DNA of 64,000 bases, taken from NCBI GenBank assembly GCA_009786535.1, contig WQRX01000018.1, forward strand, positions 8,513-72,512, given 5' to 3'. Shown here in pieces: positions 34,365-43,715 of the stretch. The notes below the pieces were generated by a model. That model saw nothing but the letters and a program-made list of their open reading frames with translations. It ran no database searches and had not been told where the DNA came from. Each line of letters begins with the position of its first letter. Position 1 is the stretch's first letter. The position numbers and the translations under genes were made by a program. The stretch is from Defluviitaleaceae bacterium (GTDB taxonomy: Bacteria; Bacillota; Clostridia; Lachnospirales; WQUN01).

Positions 34365-35119
34365 ACGGTTTCCCCATTTTCCTTGATATTTTTTATTACG
34401 GTGCTGATTAGGTTGCGTACTTTTTCCGCGTTATTTTTCATGGTGTTTAGCACCATTTCGTAGGTGACGGGGGCTTCCCCTTCCTTCCAGCAGTCGTAGT
34501 CCGTTACCATGGCAATAGCTTGGTAGGGTATGCCCAACTCCTTGGCGAGGGGACATTCGGGGACGGTGGTCATGTTAATCACGTCCGCGCCGATTTGGCG
34601 GAACATATGTGATTCGGCGCGGGTGGAAAACCGCGGTCCTTCGATGGTTATCATCGTTCCCTTTACGTGGTGGGAAAGGCTAAGCCCTTTCGCCGCTTCT
34701 ACCAGCCGTTGGCGCAGGGTCGCATCGAAGGGGGTCGCCATTTCCGTATGCACTACTTCCTTTTCGTGGAAGCTGAGCTTGCGCAGCTTTGTCCAGTCGA
34801 TGAATTGGTCGATAAAAACCAAGTCCCCCGGGGCGTATTCCTCCCGCAACGAGCCACACGCCGTGGTGGCAAGGATATGGGTACAGCCCGCTTCCTTTAG
34901 CGCCCAAATATTGGCGCGGAAGGGTACAAGGGTGGGGGAAATGGTATGCCCCTTTGCGTGCCGCGCCAGCATAACCACGGGTATGTCGTGAATCGTACCG
35001 TGTACCAACGCATCCGAAGGCTTGCCGTGGGGGGTGTCCATTTCCTTCCGTGTTGTGTTGCCTGCGGGCATAAGCTCGCCCATGCCGCTTCCGCCAATAA
35101 TGCCGATTTTTACTGCCAT
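34361..35119 (-). CDS. mtnP: S-methyl-5'-thioadenosine phosphorylase
   Basis: The ATG at 35119 (MAVKIGIIGGSG) has AGGAAGGTG upstream. PNP_UDP_1 family pattern; GPRFSTRAES and NMTTVPE motifs. Confidence 0.85.
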   Translation of the reverse strand: MAVKIGIIGGSGMGELMPAGNTTRKEMDTPHGKPSDALVHGTIHDIPVVMLARHAKGHTISPTLVPFRANIWALKEAGCTHILATTACGSLREEYAPGDLVFIDQFIDWTKLRKLSFHEKEVVHTEMATPFDATLRQRLVEAAKGLSLSHHVKGTMITIEGPRFSTRAESHMFRQIGADVINMTTVPECPLAKELGIPYQAIAMVTDYDCWKEGEAPVTYEMVLNTMKNNAEKVRNLISTVIKNIKENGETV

Positions 35120-35139
35120 GTAAAACACCTTCCTTTTAT

Positions 35140-36228
35140 TTAGTTAATTTTTCTACGGAGAAAATATATCAAAAAAATCCCCACCCCTGCAAAAACGGTT
35201 ACCCCTGCCAACAGCTTTGCAACCACTAGCGCGAAAGCGGTCACCGCTTCCCACGGGGAAGGGGTAGGTACTGCTGTGGGGGGTGCTTGGGGGGGTGGGG
35301 CATAAGTCGCCGCGGGGACGTGTAATACCGCGGGGGCATCACTCTGCGGGGTATTTATCACAATTTCCCGCGGGGGGGTGGCGGGCAGGGGTACGCCCGC
35401 AAGCTGGGAAAAGCCATGGCTTAGCAGCGCAATGGTATCTGCAAAGGTAGCCGCCGCGCCTTCGGTATACAGTACCGTTACAATTAGCCCGCGGTTATCC
35501 TGTACGGAATAGGTAGAAAGGGTATTTTTTGCGGCGCGTATCCAGCCTGTTTTGCCCCCCACCACAAATTGGCTGTAAAAGCTGTCCTCGTCGCGAATTA
35601 GGCGGTTTGTATTACGTAATGTCCGCCCTTCGGGGTGGCGTATTGAGGCGGGGAAGGTAAAAAATTCCGTACCGATAATTTCCAGGAAAACGGGGTGCGT
35701 CACCGCTTCGCGCATAATCAGGGACATATCATATGCCGTAATGTGTTGCCCATCCCCGGGAAGCCCGCAGGCGTTGACAAAATGCGTATTTACCGCACCC
35801 AACTCATAGGCGCGGGCATTCATCATACCCAAAAAATCCGCCAGCGACCCCGCCACAAATTCCGCCAGGGCGTTTGCCACCTCGTTTGCCGAGGGCAGCA
35901 TAATACCGTGCAGGGCTTCCCACACGGTAAGCTGGTCGCCTGCACTTAGGCGCATGTTTGCGGCGTACCACGGCAAGGCAACGGCGGTTTCGCTCATTAC
36001 TATTATTTCGTCCAAGTCCGTTACGTTTTCCAGCACCACCAGCGCCGTCATTACCTTTACAAGGCTTGCGGGGTAATGCTTCTCGTGCTGGCGGTATTCG
36101 TACAAAACCAAGCCCGTTTGGGCACACATCACATTCACCGCGCCTGCGATATAAGCAGGGGCGCGGTGCGCGGCAGCGAGGAGAAGCATACACGCCAAAG
36201 CGAGTATAATGGGCAGGCATTTTTTCAT
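35140..36228 (-). CDS. D-alanyl-D-alanine carboxypeptidase (peptidase S11, DacF/DacB-like)
   Basis: The ATG at 36228 gives the signal peptide MKKCLPIILALACMLLLAAA. Motifs SxxK (ASLVK), SxN (PSANE) and KTG (GGKTGW). There is a C-terminal Pro-rich spacer plus a TM anchor. Confidence 0.85.
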   Translation of the reverse strand: MKKCLPIILALACMLLLAAAHRAPAYIAGAVNVMCAQTGLVLYEYRQHEKHYPASLVKVMTALVVLENVTDLDEIIVMSETAVALPWYAANMRLSAGDQLTVWEALHGIMLPSANEVANALAEFVAGSLADFLGMMNARAYELGAVNTHFVNACGLPGDGQHITAYDMSLIMREAVTHPVFLEIIGTEFFTFPASIRHPEGRTLRNTNRLIRDEDSFYSQFVVGGKTGWIRAAKNTLSTYSVQDNRGLIVTVLYTEGAAATFADTIALLSHGFSQLAGVPLPATPPREIVINTPQSDAPAVLHVPAATYAPPPQAPPTAVPTPSPWEAVTAFALVVAKLLAGVTVFAGVGIFLIYFLRRKIN

Positions 36229-36486
36229 GGTCGGATTATAGCATGGGTGTGTGAAAGACAAAAGAATAAAAGCAACTTGTGGCGATGGTTTTGAATTTTA
36301 TATCAGCGGGGAATTATGGAATTGTATAATCCGGAAAAAACATGCCAAATAATCCTTATTGATATACCCGATTGTTTTGAAGTTCACAATGACTACTTAA
36401 AAGTGACAATTACAATAGACAGCACATTCCCCTTGGTTTACTTGGCGAAGCGTAGGTCCTTGGCGATGAGTGCCTTCTGCATGAGA

Positions 36487-37028
36487 TTAAGCATGGTCTT
36501 GTCCCCCTTCATTTTTGGTGGAAAGTAGCGCGAAATATATTTCTTCTACGCCGGCTTTTTCGGATGAAACATGAAATATCTGCTCGCCACCGTCTACAAA
36601 AGGATTTAACAATGGCGGGAATTTCGTCCTCGCTTTGTACGTCCATTGTATAAAATGGTTACGCCTTCATTGCGTGCTAGGTCTTTTATAATGCGATTTA
36701 CGCTTAGCGCGCTCTCCGGGTCCAGTGCCGAGGTGGGTTCGTCCAAAAACAGGATTTTTGGCTTATGCATCATAGCACGGGCAAGGGAAAGGCGTTGCCG
36801 CATTCCCGTGGAATAGTTGCTTAGGTCGCGGTCTTGTGCGTCGATTAATTCCAACTGTGCCAGCAACTGCACGGCACGTTCTTTGCTTTGCGTGGGAGAA
36901 AGCCCAAACATTTTGCCGTAGAAAAGTAGATTCTCCAGCCCCGATAAATTGCCGTACATTCGCGCGTGTTCGGTGACTACTCCCGCAATGCGATGTACTT
37001 CTACGGGATTTTTGACGGGATATGTCAA
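36487..37028 (-). pseudogene. Decayed ABC-transporter ATPase (no Walker A, internal deletion, frameshifted C-terminus)
   Basis: ORF 36606..37028 carries the Q-loop/signature/Walker B region ([43 protein letters not shown]) but lacks the N-terminal ~70 aa. The typical C-terminal tail VDGGEQIFHVSSEKAGVEEIYFALLS is in another frame (36597-36487). An 18-codon ABC-2 permease-like start (MLNLMQKALIAKDLRFAK) follows. Confidence 0.7.
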
Positions 37029-37145
37029 CCAATGGAAAACCGGGAGAAGGAATAAACCCGCAGGGGCTTTGACCTTCCTGCAAAAAATGTGCTATTCTGC
37101 CATATAAAATTAAATCCCCTGCGGGATTCATCTAGGAGGGCAATA

Positions 37146-38009
37146 ATGACAGACAAATTTGCGGCAATTAACAAAAAGCTACGCGGCGGCGTAATTATGG
37201 ACGTGACCACGCCCGAGCAAGCAAAAATTGCACAGAGAGCGGGCGCAGTTGCGGTAATGGCACTGGAGCGCGTACCTGCAGACATTCGCGCCGCAGGCGG
37301 CGTGTCAAGAATGAGCGACCCGGGCATGATTCAAAAAATTCAAGCGGCGGTAAAAATTCCTGTTATGGCGAAGTGCCGCATCGGGCACTTTGTGGAGGCG
37401 CAAGTACTTGAGGCCATCAACATCGGCTATATCGACGAAAGTGAAGTGCTAACCCCCGCAGACGACGTATATCACATTGACAAAACGCAATTTTCCTCGC
37501 CTTTTGTGTGCGGGGCGCGTAATTTGGGGGAAGCGCTAAGGCGCATCCAAGAAGGCGCAGCAATGATACGCACCAAGGGCGAAGCAGGCACGGGCGATGT
37601 GGTACAAGCCGTGCGCCATTTGCGTACTATTCTGGGCGAAATGCGTGCGCTGACAAGCAAATCAGAGGATGAATTGTATGTAGCGGCACGCGACCTTGCC
37701 GTACCTTATGCGCTGGTGCAATATGTAGCAAAAAACGGTAAATTACCCGTACCCAACTTCACTGCGGGCGGCGTTTCCACCCCTGCCGATGCAGCATTAA
37801 TGATGCATCTGGGCGCGGAAGGCGTGTTCGTAGGCTCAGGCATTTTCAAATCGGGCGACCCCGCAAAACGTGCAGCTGCCATTGTAAAAGCCGTAAAGCA
37901 TTTCAAAGACGCAAAATTAATCGCCGAAATCTCAAAAGACCTCGGCGAAGCGATGGTGGGTATTAACCCACAGGAAATTGAGATTATCATGGAGCAACGG
38001 GGGGTTTAA
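37146..38009 (+). CDS. pdxS: Pyridoxal 5'-phosphate synthase lyase subunit
   Basis: ATG at 37146 after [53 protein letters not shown] is a near-invariant PdxS sequence. Confidence 0.93.
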   Translation: MTDKFAAINKKLRGGVIMDVTTPEQAKIAQRAGAVAVMALERVPADIRAAGGVSRMSDPGMIQKIQAAVKIPVMAKCRIGHFVEAQVLEAINIGYIDESEVLTPADDVYHIDKTQFSSPFVCGARNLGEALRRIQEGAAMIRTKGEAGTGDVVQAVRHLRTILGEMRALTSKSEDELYVAARDLAVPYALVQYVAKNGKLPVPNFTAGGVSTPADAALMMHLGAEGVFVGSGIFKSGDPAKRAAAIVKAVKHFKDAKLIAEISKDLGEAMVGINPQEIEIIMEQRGV

Positions 38010-39121
38010 CTCCCCAAATACATATCCCCCGCTTTAATTAACCCCTTCCTGCGCATCAGTTCGGAAAGCGCAAACGCCACGGCGGCAGGCACAACGATAC
38101 AGGCAAGCAGCATGGGTACAAACCCGCTCATTCCCATTGCGTAAATGGTTTGGAACGGACCAACCAGCCCGGACGTTCCCATACCTGCGCCAACGGAGGT
38201 AGTTCTCATGCCCAGCAATACTGCGGCAACGGGTCCTGCAATAATACTTGCCGTGATTGGCGGCAGCCATATCCACGGATTTTTAATGATATTGGGCATT
38301 TGAATCATCGACGTGCCTATACCCTGCGCAATAAGCCCGCCTGTGCCGTTTTCGCGGAAGGAGCTTACCGCAAAGCCGACCATTTGCGCGGAAGCACCCG
38401 CAAGTGCCGCCCCTGCCGCAAGCGTGCCCATTTCCGCTACGCCCGCAGGCGGAATGCCAATGCCAATAGCAATACACAGCGCCGCCGATGAAATAATGGG
38501 CAGCGTTAACGTTAAGCCAATAATCAACGCAATTAAAATACTCATGGGGAAGGTGTGCAAATCGGTAATCCGCACAATAAATTCGCCGAACCGCCCCATC
38601 GCTTGGGTAATAATCGGCGTAATAAGCAGCCCTATCGCCCCGCCAATTACAATCACCAATGCAGGAATGATAAGCAAGTCGAACTTCGTTTTTCCCTCAA
38701 TGCGCCGTATCAGTTCAACGGCGATAAGCACGGAAAGCAATGCGCCGTGAGGGTCGCCCACCACAACAGACGCCACCGCAATGCCGCCTTCTGCAAACCG
38801 AAGCGTTCCTGCCCCAAGCGCCCCGGCCGAAACGGCAGCAAGCAGCGTAAAAGGCTTTAGCGTCGATTCGCCGTCTGCGTTTACAACGCGCTTCATCGCC
38901 ACGCCTGCGCCAATGGCAGGTCCCATCATTAATTGTGCGGCACGTCCAATTTGCTCTATGCCCAGCGCAATTGATGAAATAAGCGCGCTGTCAATATTCC
39001 CAAGCAAGCTCCCTATTTGTGAAATTATCGTACCAATGATTAGGGACGCAAAAAGTCCCTTGGTCATTCCGTCAAATATGGTTGCGAGATATTCCCTTAC
39101 CGTCATTTTTTTCACATACAT
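38006..39121 (-). CDS. PTS EIIC_2-like polytopic membrane transporter (no EIIA/EIIB nearby), downstream of niaR
   Basis: ORF track 38006..39142. The start is uncertain (ATG 39121, GTG 39115 or ATG 39106, with GGGGAG nearby). About 10 TM segments, Gly/Ala/Ile-rich. It starts 54-75 nt after the niaR stop on the same strand. Confidence 0.6.
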   Translation of the reverse strand: MYVKKMTVREYLATIFDGMTKGLFASLIIGTIISQIGSLLGNIDSALISSIALGIEQIGRAAQLMMGPAIGAGVAMKRVVNADGESTLKPFTLLAAVSAGALGAGTLRFAEGGIAVASVVVGDPHGALLSVLIAVELIRRIEGKTKFDLLIIPALVIVIGGAIGLLITPIITQAMGRFGEFIVRITDLHTFPMSILIALIIGLTLTLPIISSAALCIAIGIGIPPAGVAEMGTLAAGAALAGASAQMVGFAVSSFRENGTGGLIAQGIGTSMIQMPNIIKNPWIWLPPITASIIAGPVAAVLLGMRTTSVGAGMGTSGLVGPFQTIYAMGMSGFVPMLLACIVVPAAVAFALSELMRRKGLIKAGDMYLGS

Positions 39122-39195
39122 CTCCCCTTTTTCACATGTCATGACACATGCAAAGAATATGGGAAAATTTTAATCCTGTCAATGACTGATGATAC

Positions 39196-39714
39196 TTAAT
39201 TCTTAACTAAATATCCAGCATTATTCAAAGCATGACAAACCTGTTCAAAATGCGATTTGTTGCAACAAGCAATTGTATGCAAATGCACGCCATGTGTAAG
39301 CACCGATAATAATTTAACTTCAAGTGACTTTACCCGGTCTATAAAAATATCAACATCGTCACGGGTTTTAATGTTTAACGGACCTGTAATTTCTCCATAC
39401 AATTCATGCTCAACGATTACATTTACAACCGTTGCTCCTAAATCTACAATTATATACAGTTCATTTATGGTATTTTCGGCATTGTGACAGCAGGCAATTT
39501 TTCCGACATGTTGGTTTAAATCCCTAAGCGCCGGCACAATATAGCCCCTTGCTGTTGCTATTATCTCATACCCCTGTGCGCGCAATATTGCAACATCCCC
39601 AACGATAACTTGACGGCTTACATTCAATTCTTTTGCCAATGCGGAAGCGCTTACAGGCATATTGCTTTCGTTAATCATTTCAAATGCTTTTGCTCTGCGG
39701 GTAGCTGTGTCCAT
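39196..39714 (-). CDS. niaR: NiaR (YrxA)-type NAD-biosynthesis transcription repressor (HTH_11 + 3H domain)
   Basis: 172 aa. N-terminal HTH: SASALAKELNVSRQVIVGDVAILRAQGYEI. The C-terminus has the conserved His residues of the 3H domain (CCHNAEN, VEHELYGEI, THGVHLH). Confidence 0.8.
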   Translation of the reverse strand: MDTATRRAKAFEMINESNMPVSASALAKELNVSRQVIVGDVAILRAQGYEIIATARGYIVPALRDLNQHVGKIACCHNAENTINELYIIVDLGATVVNVIVEHELYGEITGPLNIKTRDDVDIFIDRVKSLEVKLLSVLTHGVHLHTIACCNKSHFEQVCHALNNAGYLVKN

Positions 39715-39846
39715 ACCAATGCCCCTTCAATTTTAAGCAACGTTTTCATAAAAAAACTGTCATACCTTGTACCATTGCGCGTAGTTGCGCTTTTTGGGAA
39801 GCAATGTATAATAAACCCCATAAAAAGGAAATGCAAGGAGGCTCTT

Positions 39847-40203
39847 ATGCAATCATCAATTGTAAAAAACGACCTGGGCACAATTACCATCGACAATGAA
39901 GTAATAGGTCGTATGGCTGGCTTGGCAGCCATGGAATGCTACGGTGTTGTGGGTATGGCAGCCAAGAGCATTCGCGACGGTCTGGTGCATTTATTAAAAA
40001 TCGAAAGCCTGACCAAGGGCGTGCGCACAAAAGTAACAGACGACGGCGAGCTTATCATAAATTTGCACATTATCGTGGAATACGGTACAAATATCGTTGC
40101 CATCGCGAATACATTAATAGAAAATGTGAAGTATAAACTAGAAACAAGCGTAGGGCTAACCGTGCGCGAAGTGAATATATTTGTAGAAAGTATTCGTGTA
40201 TAG
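39847..40203 (+). CDS. Asp23/Gls24-family alkaline shock protein (YloU-like)
   Basis: ATG at 39847 after AAGGAGG. GTITIDNEVIGRMAGLAAMECYGVVGM is the family signature. Confidence 0.88.
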   Translation: MQSSIVKNDLGTITIDNEVIGRMAGLAAMECYGVVGMAAKSIRDGLVHLLKIESLTKGVRTKVTDDGELIINLHIIVEYGTNIVAIANTLIENVKYKLETSVGLTVREVNIFVESIRV

Positions 40204-40237
40204 CGAATACGGAGCATTCGCTTTAGGAGGATATATC

Positions 40238-41950
40238 GTGGGTTTAATTAGCATAGACGGCAAAGCATTGCGTAAAATGATAATCGGCGGCGCAAATGAA
40301 TTAATACGCAACATTGCGCCCCTTAATGCATTAAATGTGTTCCCCGTACCCGATGGCGACACAGGCACAAATATGTCGCATACCGTAGCCGCCGCCGCGC
40401 GGGAAGTGGCAAAACTAAACACCCCAAACATCAACGACATTGCCAAAGCTGCAAGCAACGGCGCATTACGCGGGGCGCGAGGCAATAGCGGGGTAATTCT
40501 TTCGCAATTATTCCGCGGTTTTTCCAAGGGATTGGAAGGCAAATCAACCGCCAAGGCAGAGGATTTAGCCGTAGCACTTGCCAAGTCATCGGAAATGGCG
40601 TACAAAGCGGTAATGAAGCCCAAGGAAGGCACAATGCTTACCATTGGGCGCGCTTTCGCAGAGGGCGCACACGATGCCGTAGCCGCGCAAAAGGACATAG
40701 AACTATGCCTAGTCGCCGTCATTGAACACGCAAATAAGGTACTCGCCAAAACACCCGATATGCTTCCCGTGTTAAAGGAAGCAGGGGTTGTAGATTCGGG
40801 CGGTATGGGGCTGGTATGCTTCTTACAAGGGGCGTTAAGTGCCATGCGCACCGAGGGCGAAGTTACGTTGTTAGAAATTTCTGCCCAGTCTAATGAAGGT
40901 ATAGCCTCCGCGGGGGCTTCCATAGACCCGTCGCAAATCACCTTCCCCTATTGCACGGAATTTTTGCTAAAACTTGACGCGCCGGAAAAACACAAGCCGG
41001 GCGTTTCTCACGATGTAGAAGGCACGTTAAAAATTTATCTTTCAAGCATCGGTGATTCGGTTGTCGTTATCGAGGACGCGGGACTGGTAAAAGTACACGT
41101 ACACACGGGCGACCCGGGCAAAGCGCTGCAAAAAGCCCTGCAATTCGGCGATTTATTAGACATTAAAATTGACAATATGCGTCAACAGCACCACGGCTTG
41201 CTCGACTTTACCGCTTCTGACGCGCCAGTTCCCGCTAATAACGCGGCTACGCCTGCCATTCCTGCCCCGATTGCCGTGCAAGCACCGCCCAAAACTGTGG
41301 GCGTAGTTGCGGTAACATCGGGCGCGGGGCTGCGCGATTTGTTCATAGGTCTTGGCGCAGATGTGTGCATCGAGGGCGGTCAAAGCATGAACCCAAGCAC
41401 CGAGGATATTGAAAAAGCCATTGCGCAGGTAAATGCAAAGACAGTCATTGTGCTTCCCAATAACAAAAACATTTTGCTTACCGCACAGCAAGCGGGGCAA
41501 TTAATCACCGACAAAGCGGTTCACGTTATCCCTACTGTTTCCGTAGCGCAGGGCATGGCGTGTATGGTTGTCAATTCCGACACCATTCCCATTGAAGAAA
41601 ACTTGACAGGTATGAGAGATGCCATGTCCACCGTACATTGCGGACAAGTAACCCAAGCCGTGCGCGACACCGTTTTAGGCGGAAAAGAAATAAGAGAAGG
41701 CGATTTTCTATGCTTGTACGACGGTGAAATTACCCTTGTTGAAAAATTCTTACAACCGGGCGTAAAAGCCCTCGCCGACTACATGCTTACCAAGGGCGGC
41801 GACATTGTGACCATTTTCCATGGCGAAGGCGCAAACGGCGAATTGGCGGAGGAATTGGCAACCTACGTGCGCACCAAGTTCCCCCATACGGAAGTGGAAG
41901 TGTACGACGGCGGACAGCCGCTGTATAGTTATATTATTTCGGTAGAGTGA
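40238..41950 (+). CDS. DAK2-domain fusion protein (YloV-like)
   Basis: GTG at 40238 after TAGGAGGA. LNVFPVPDGDTGTNM and GARGNSGVILSQ are Dak2 signatures. Conserved pairing with the Asp23 gene. Confidence 0.88.
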   Translation: MGLISIDGKALRKMIIGGANELIRNIAPLNALNVFPVPDGDTGTNMSHTVAAAAREVAKLNTPNINDIAKAASNGALRGARGNSGVILSQLFRGFSKGLEGKSTAKAEDLAVALAKSSEMAYKAVMKPKEGTMLTIGRAFAEGAHDAVAAQKDIELCLVAVIEHANKVLAKTPDMLPVLKEAGVVDSGGMGLVCFLQGALSAMRTEGEVTLLEISAQSNEGIASAGASIDPSQITFPYCTEFLLKLDAPEKHKPGVSHDVEGTLKIYLSSIGDSVVVIEDAGLVKVHVHTGDPGKALQKALQFGDLLDIKIDNMRQQHHGLLDFTASDAPVPANNAATPAIPAPIAVQAPPKTVGVVAVTSGAGLRDLFIGLGADVCIEGGQSMNPSTEDIEKAIAQVNAKTVIVLPNNKNILLTAQQAGQLITDKAVHVIPTVSVAQGMACMVVNSDTIPIEENLTGMRDAMSTVHCGQVTQAVRDTVLGGKEIREGDFLCLYDGEITLVEKFLQPGVKALADYMLTKGGDIVTIFHGEGANGELAEELATYVRTKFPHTEVEVYDGGQPLYSYIISVE

Positions 41951-42010
41951 AGGATTAAGACTATAACCGCCTTCGGCGACGAACTTTTTGAAAAAAGTTC
42001 GACAAAAACC
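41951..42010 (+). repeat. Palindromic 3'-end repeat element, copy 3
   Basis: It begins directly after the TGA stop: AAGGATTAAGAC-tataac-CGCC-ttc-GGCG-a-CGAACTTTTT-ga-AAAAAGTTCG-ACAAAAAC. The head, small GC hairpin, CTTTTT/AAAAAG palindrome and CAAAAC tail are in the same order as in copy 2. Confidence 0.7.
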
Positions 42011-42041
42011 TTGATATGGACTTGGGCTGTTGTTGTGTGCC

Positions 42042-42413
42042 CTAATTTTGAAGCCAGCGAATGCTGGCTTCTATTTTTTGGGGTGTAACCTCGTCCACAT
42101 AAAGAAGTGCGCCAACCGAGAAAATATTTTCTTCATGGGTAAGGTCTATATGTCCGTTATATTTTTCCACGGACTTGCGGATATTTTTTAAGTCGTGACC
42201 GTGTTCGTCGCCGTCTTTTCGGGTGGATATGCGCTTATCGTCTGTGTTGTTGTCATATTTAACCACGCCGTCAAAAGTATTTTCTACTTGGATAAACAGA
42301 CTTTCCCTGCTGTATTCAATATCCAGCTTTATTCGCTTTTCTTCGACCTTGGCAACCGCGCTGCCGCGTTTCGCAACCCAAAGATTTAATCTTTTATTCT
42401 TCCATCTTTTCAT
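42042..42413 (-). pseudogene. Orphan C-terminal fragment of a GHKL (HATPase_c_5, AgrC/LytS-like) sensor kinase
   Basis: From the ATG at 42413: ...IKLDIEYSRESLFIQVENTFDG...GDEHGHDLKNIRKSVEKYNGHIDLTHEENIFSVGALL. Only the ATP-binding domain is present, with no TM or DHp part. The G-box reads HGHDL instead of HG.GL. The upstream part of ORF 42042..42587 is antisense to the MFS gene. Confidence 0.6.
42050..42079 (+). terminator. Rho-independent terminator for the asp23-yloV unit
   Basis: GAAGCCAGC-gaat-GCTGGCTTC followed by TATTTTTT. Confidence 0.8.
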
Positions 42414-42428
42414 GCTATACTTTCCCCC

Positions 42429-43715
42429 ATGTTTACGCGATTTTTTGCCCGCATGAGGGCATTTTATTTTGACAATCCGCTTGCTGTGCGCTATGGCGTT
42501 GACGGTTTGCTTGTGCTTGGTGCAATTTCCCTTGCGGTGAATAACAATAGCATATTTGCTTTGCGGCTTGGTGCGGGTGATTTTCAATTAAGCCTTATTC
42601 ATTTGTTACCGCAGGGATTGAACATGCTGCTACTAATTCCCGCAGGGCTTTTTGCGGATAGTCTTATAAATAAACGAAGAATGCTGTCCGGTGCATTATT
42701 GCTTGCGGCGGCTTTTTTTATGCTTGCGGGTTTTTCTGCCTTCATTCCTGTGCATACGGTGTACTTTTTTCTTGGGTTTGTTGCACTGGCGAATGTATGC
42801 ATCGCCATGTATAACCTTACGTGGCAAGCATTTTTCCCGGAAGTGGTGGACGCAGAAAAACGGAACGCGGTGCTTACCTTCCGCGCGCGTATTACGATGG
42901 TCATATCGGTGATAATGCCGTTGGTAAGTGGGGGCATTTTGGCGGCGGTACCTTCCCACGACGGCAAGGTACGCGTGCATCAGATTTTTTATATACTTGT
43001 GGGCGTGTTGTTAATTGTGAATGCGTTTTACCTGCGGCGGTTGCAAGCCGTAACCCCTGCCGCGCCTAAGCGCGTTTCCCTTGCGCAATTTAAAACGGCG
43101 GTAAAACGGCTTTCTAAGAACAAACCATTTATCGGCTTTGCAGGGGTTGCGCTGTTTTTTCATTTAACGTGGCATGTGGACTGGACGCTGTATTTTATTG
43201 GGCAGGCAAATTATCTGCATATGAACGAGTTTCAGCTAAGCTTAACGGGGGTTGGGGCTACCTTGGCGCAGTTGGTAACGCTGGCGTTTTGGAGCAGGCA
43301 AAACGCCAAGCATGGGGTGGAAAAACCCGTAACCTTCGGCATTTTAGGACTTAGCTTATGCCCCATTGCAATGATATTGGCGCTAAGTGTTCCTGTGCGC
43401 TTGGGTATTCCTGTGTTTCTTGGGGCAAATTTTATTGCGCATATGGCGTTTGCTACCATTGCGGTAAGCTTTTTCCAATGCCTGTTAAAAGTAGTGGATA
43501 AGGAATACCGAAGCCTTTCAATTTCGCTGTATACGTGCTTTATTATGGCGTCGAACGCCATCATGCCTGTAGCGGGGGTTGCGCTGTACCGCACGGCGGG
43601 CGGTAATTTATATGCGCTTCGCAACGTTTTTTGGTTTGTGTTCGGGCTGCGCATTGTGGCGGCGGCGATATGGTGGTTTGCGGTAGCGCAAAAACAACAA
43701 GAGGAGGCACTGTAA
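42429..43715 (+). CDS. MFS transporter
   Basis: 428 aa, about 12 TM segments, with an MFS-like loop (FADSLINKRRM). The start is uncertain because no SD is evident. Confidence 0.7.
   Translation: MFTRFFARMRAFYFDNPLAVRYGVDGLLVLGAISLAVNNNSIFALRLGAGDFQLSLIHLLPQGLNMLLLIPAGLFADSLINKRRMLSGALLLAAAFFMLAGFSAFIPVHTVYFFLGFVALANVCIAMYNLTWQAFFPEVVDAEKRNAVLTFRARITMVISVIMPLVSGGILAAVPSHDGKVRVHQIFYILVGVLLIVNAFYLRRLQAVTPAAPKRVSLAQFKTAVKRLSKNKPFIGFAGVALFFHLTWHVDWTLYFIGQANYLHMNEFQLSLTGVGATLAQLVTLAFWSRQNAKHGVEKPVTFGILGLSLCPIAMILALSVPVRLGIPVFLGANFIAHMAFATIAVSFFQCLLKVVDKEYRSLSISLYTCFIMASNAIMPVAGVALYRTAGGNLYALRNVFWFVFGLRIVAAAIWWFAVAQKQQEEAL

Noticed and set aside
36316-36528. 70-aa plus-strand ORF
   Set aside because: It lies inside the decayed ABC-transporter scar. 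Its C-terminal half is antisense to recognisable ABC remnants. It has no SD and no motif.
40156-40941. 261-aa minus-strand ORF
   Set aside because: It is antisense to the DAK2 (YloV) gene. It has an Ala/Ser/Pro-rich shadow-frame composition and no start context.
42414-42587. N-terminal extension of ORF 42042..42587 (Lys/His/Arg-rich)
   Set aside because: It is antisense to the 5' end of the MFS gene and bears no relation to kinase sequences. Only the part from the ATG at 42413 resembles a GHKL domain.
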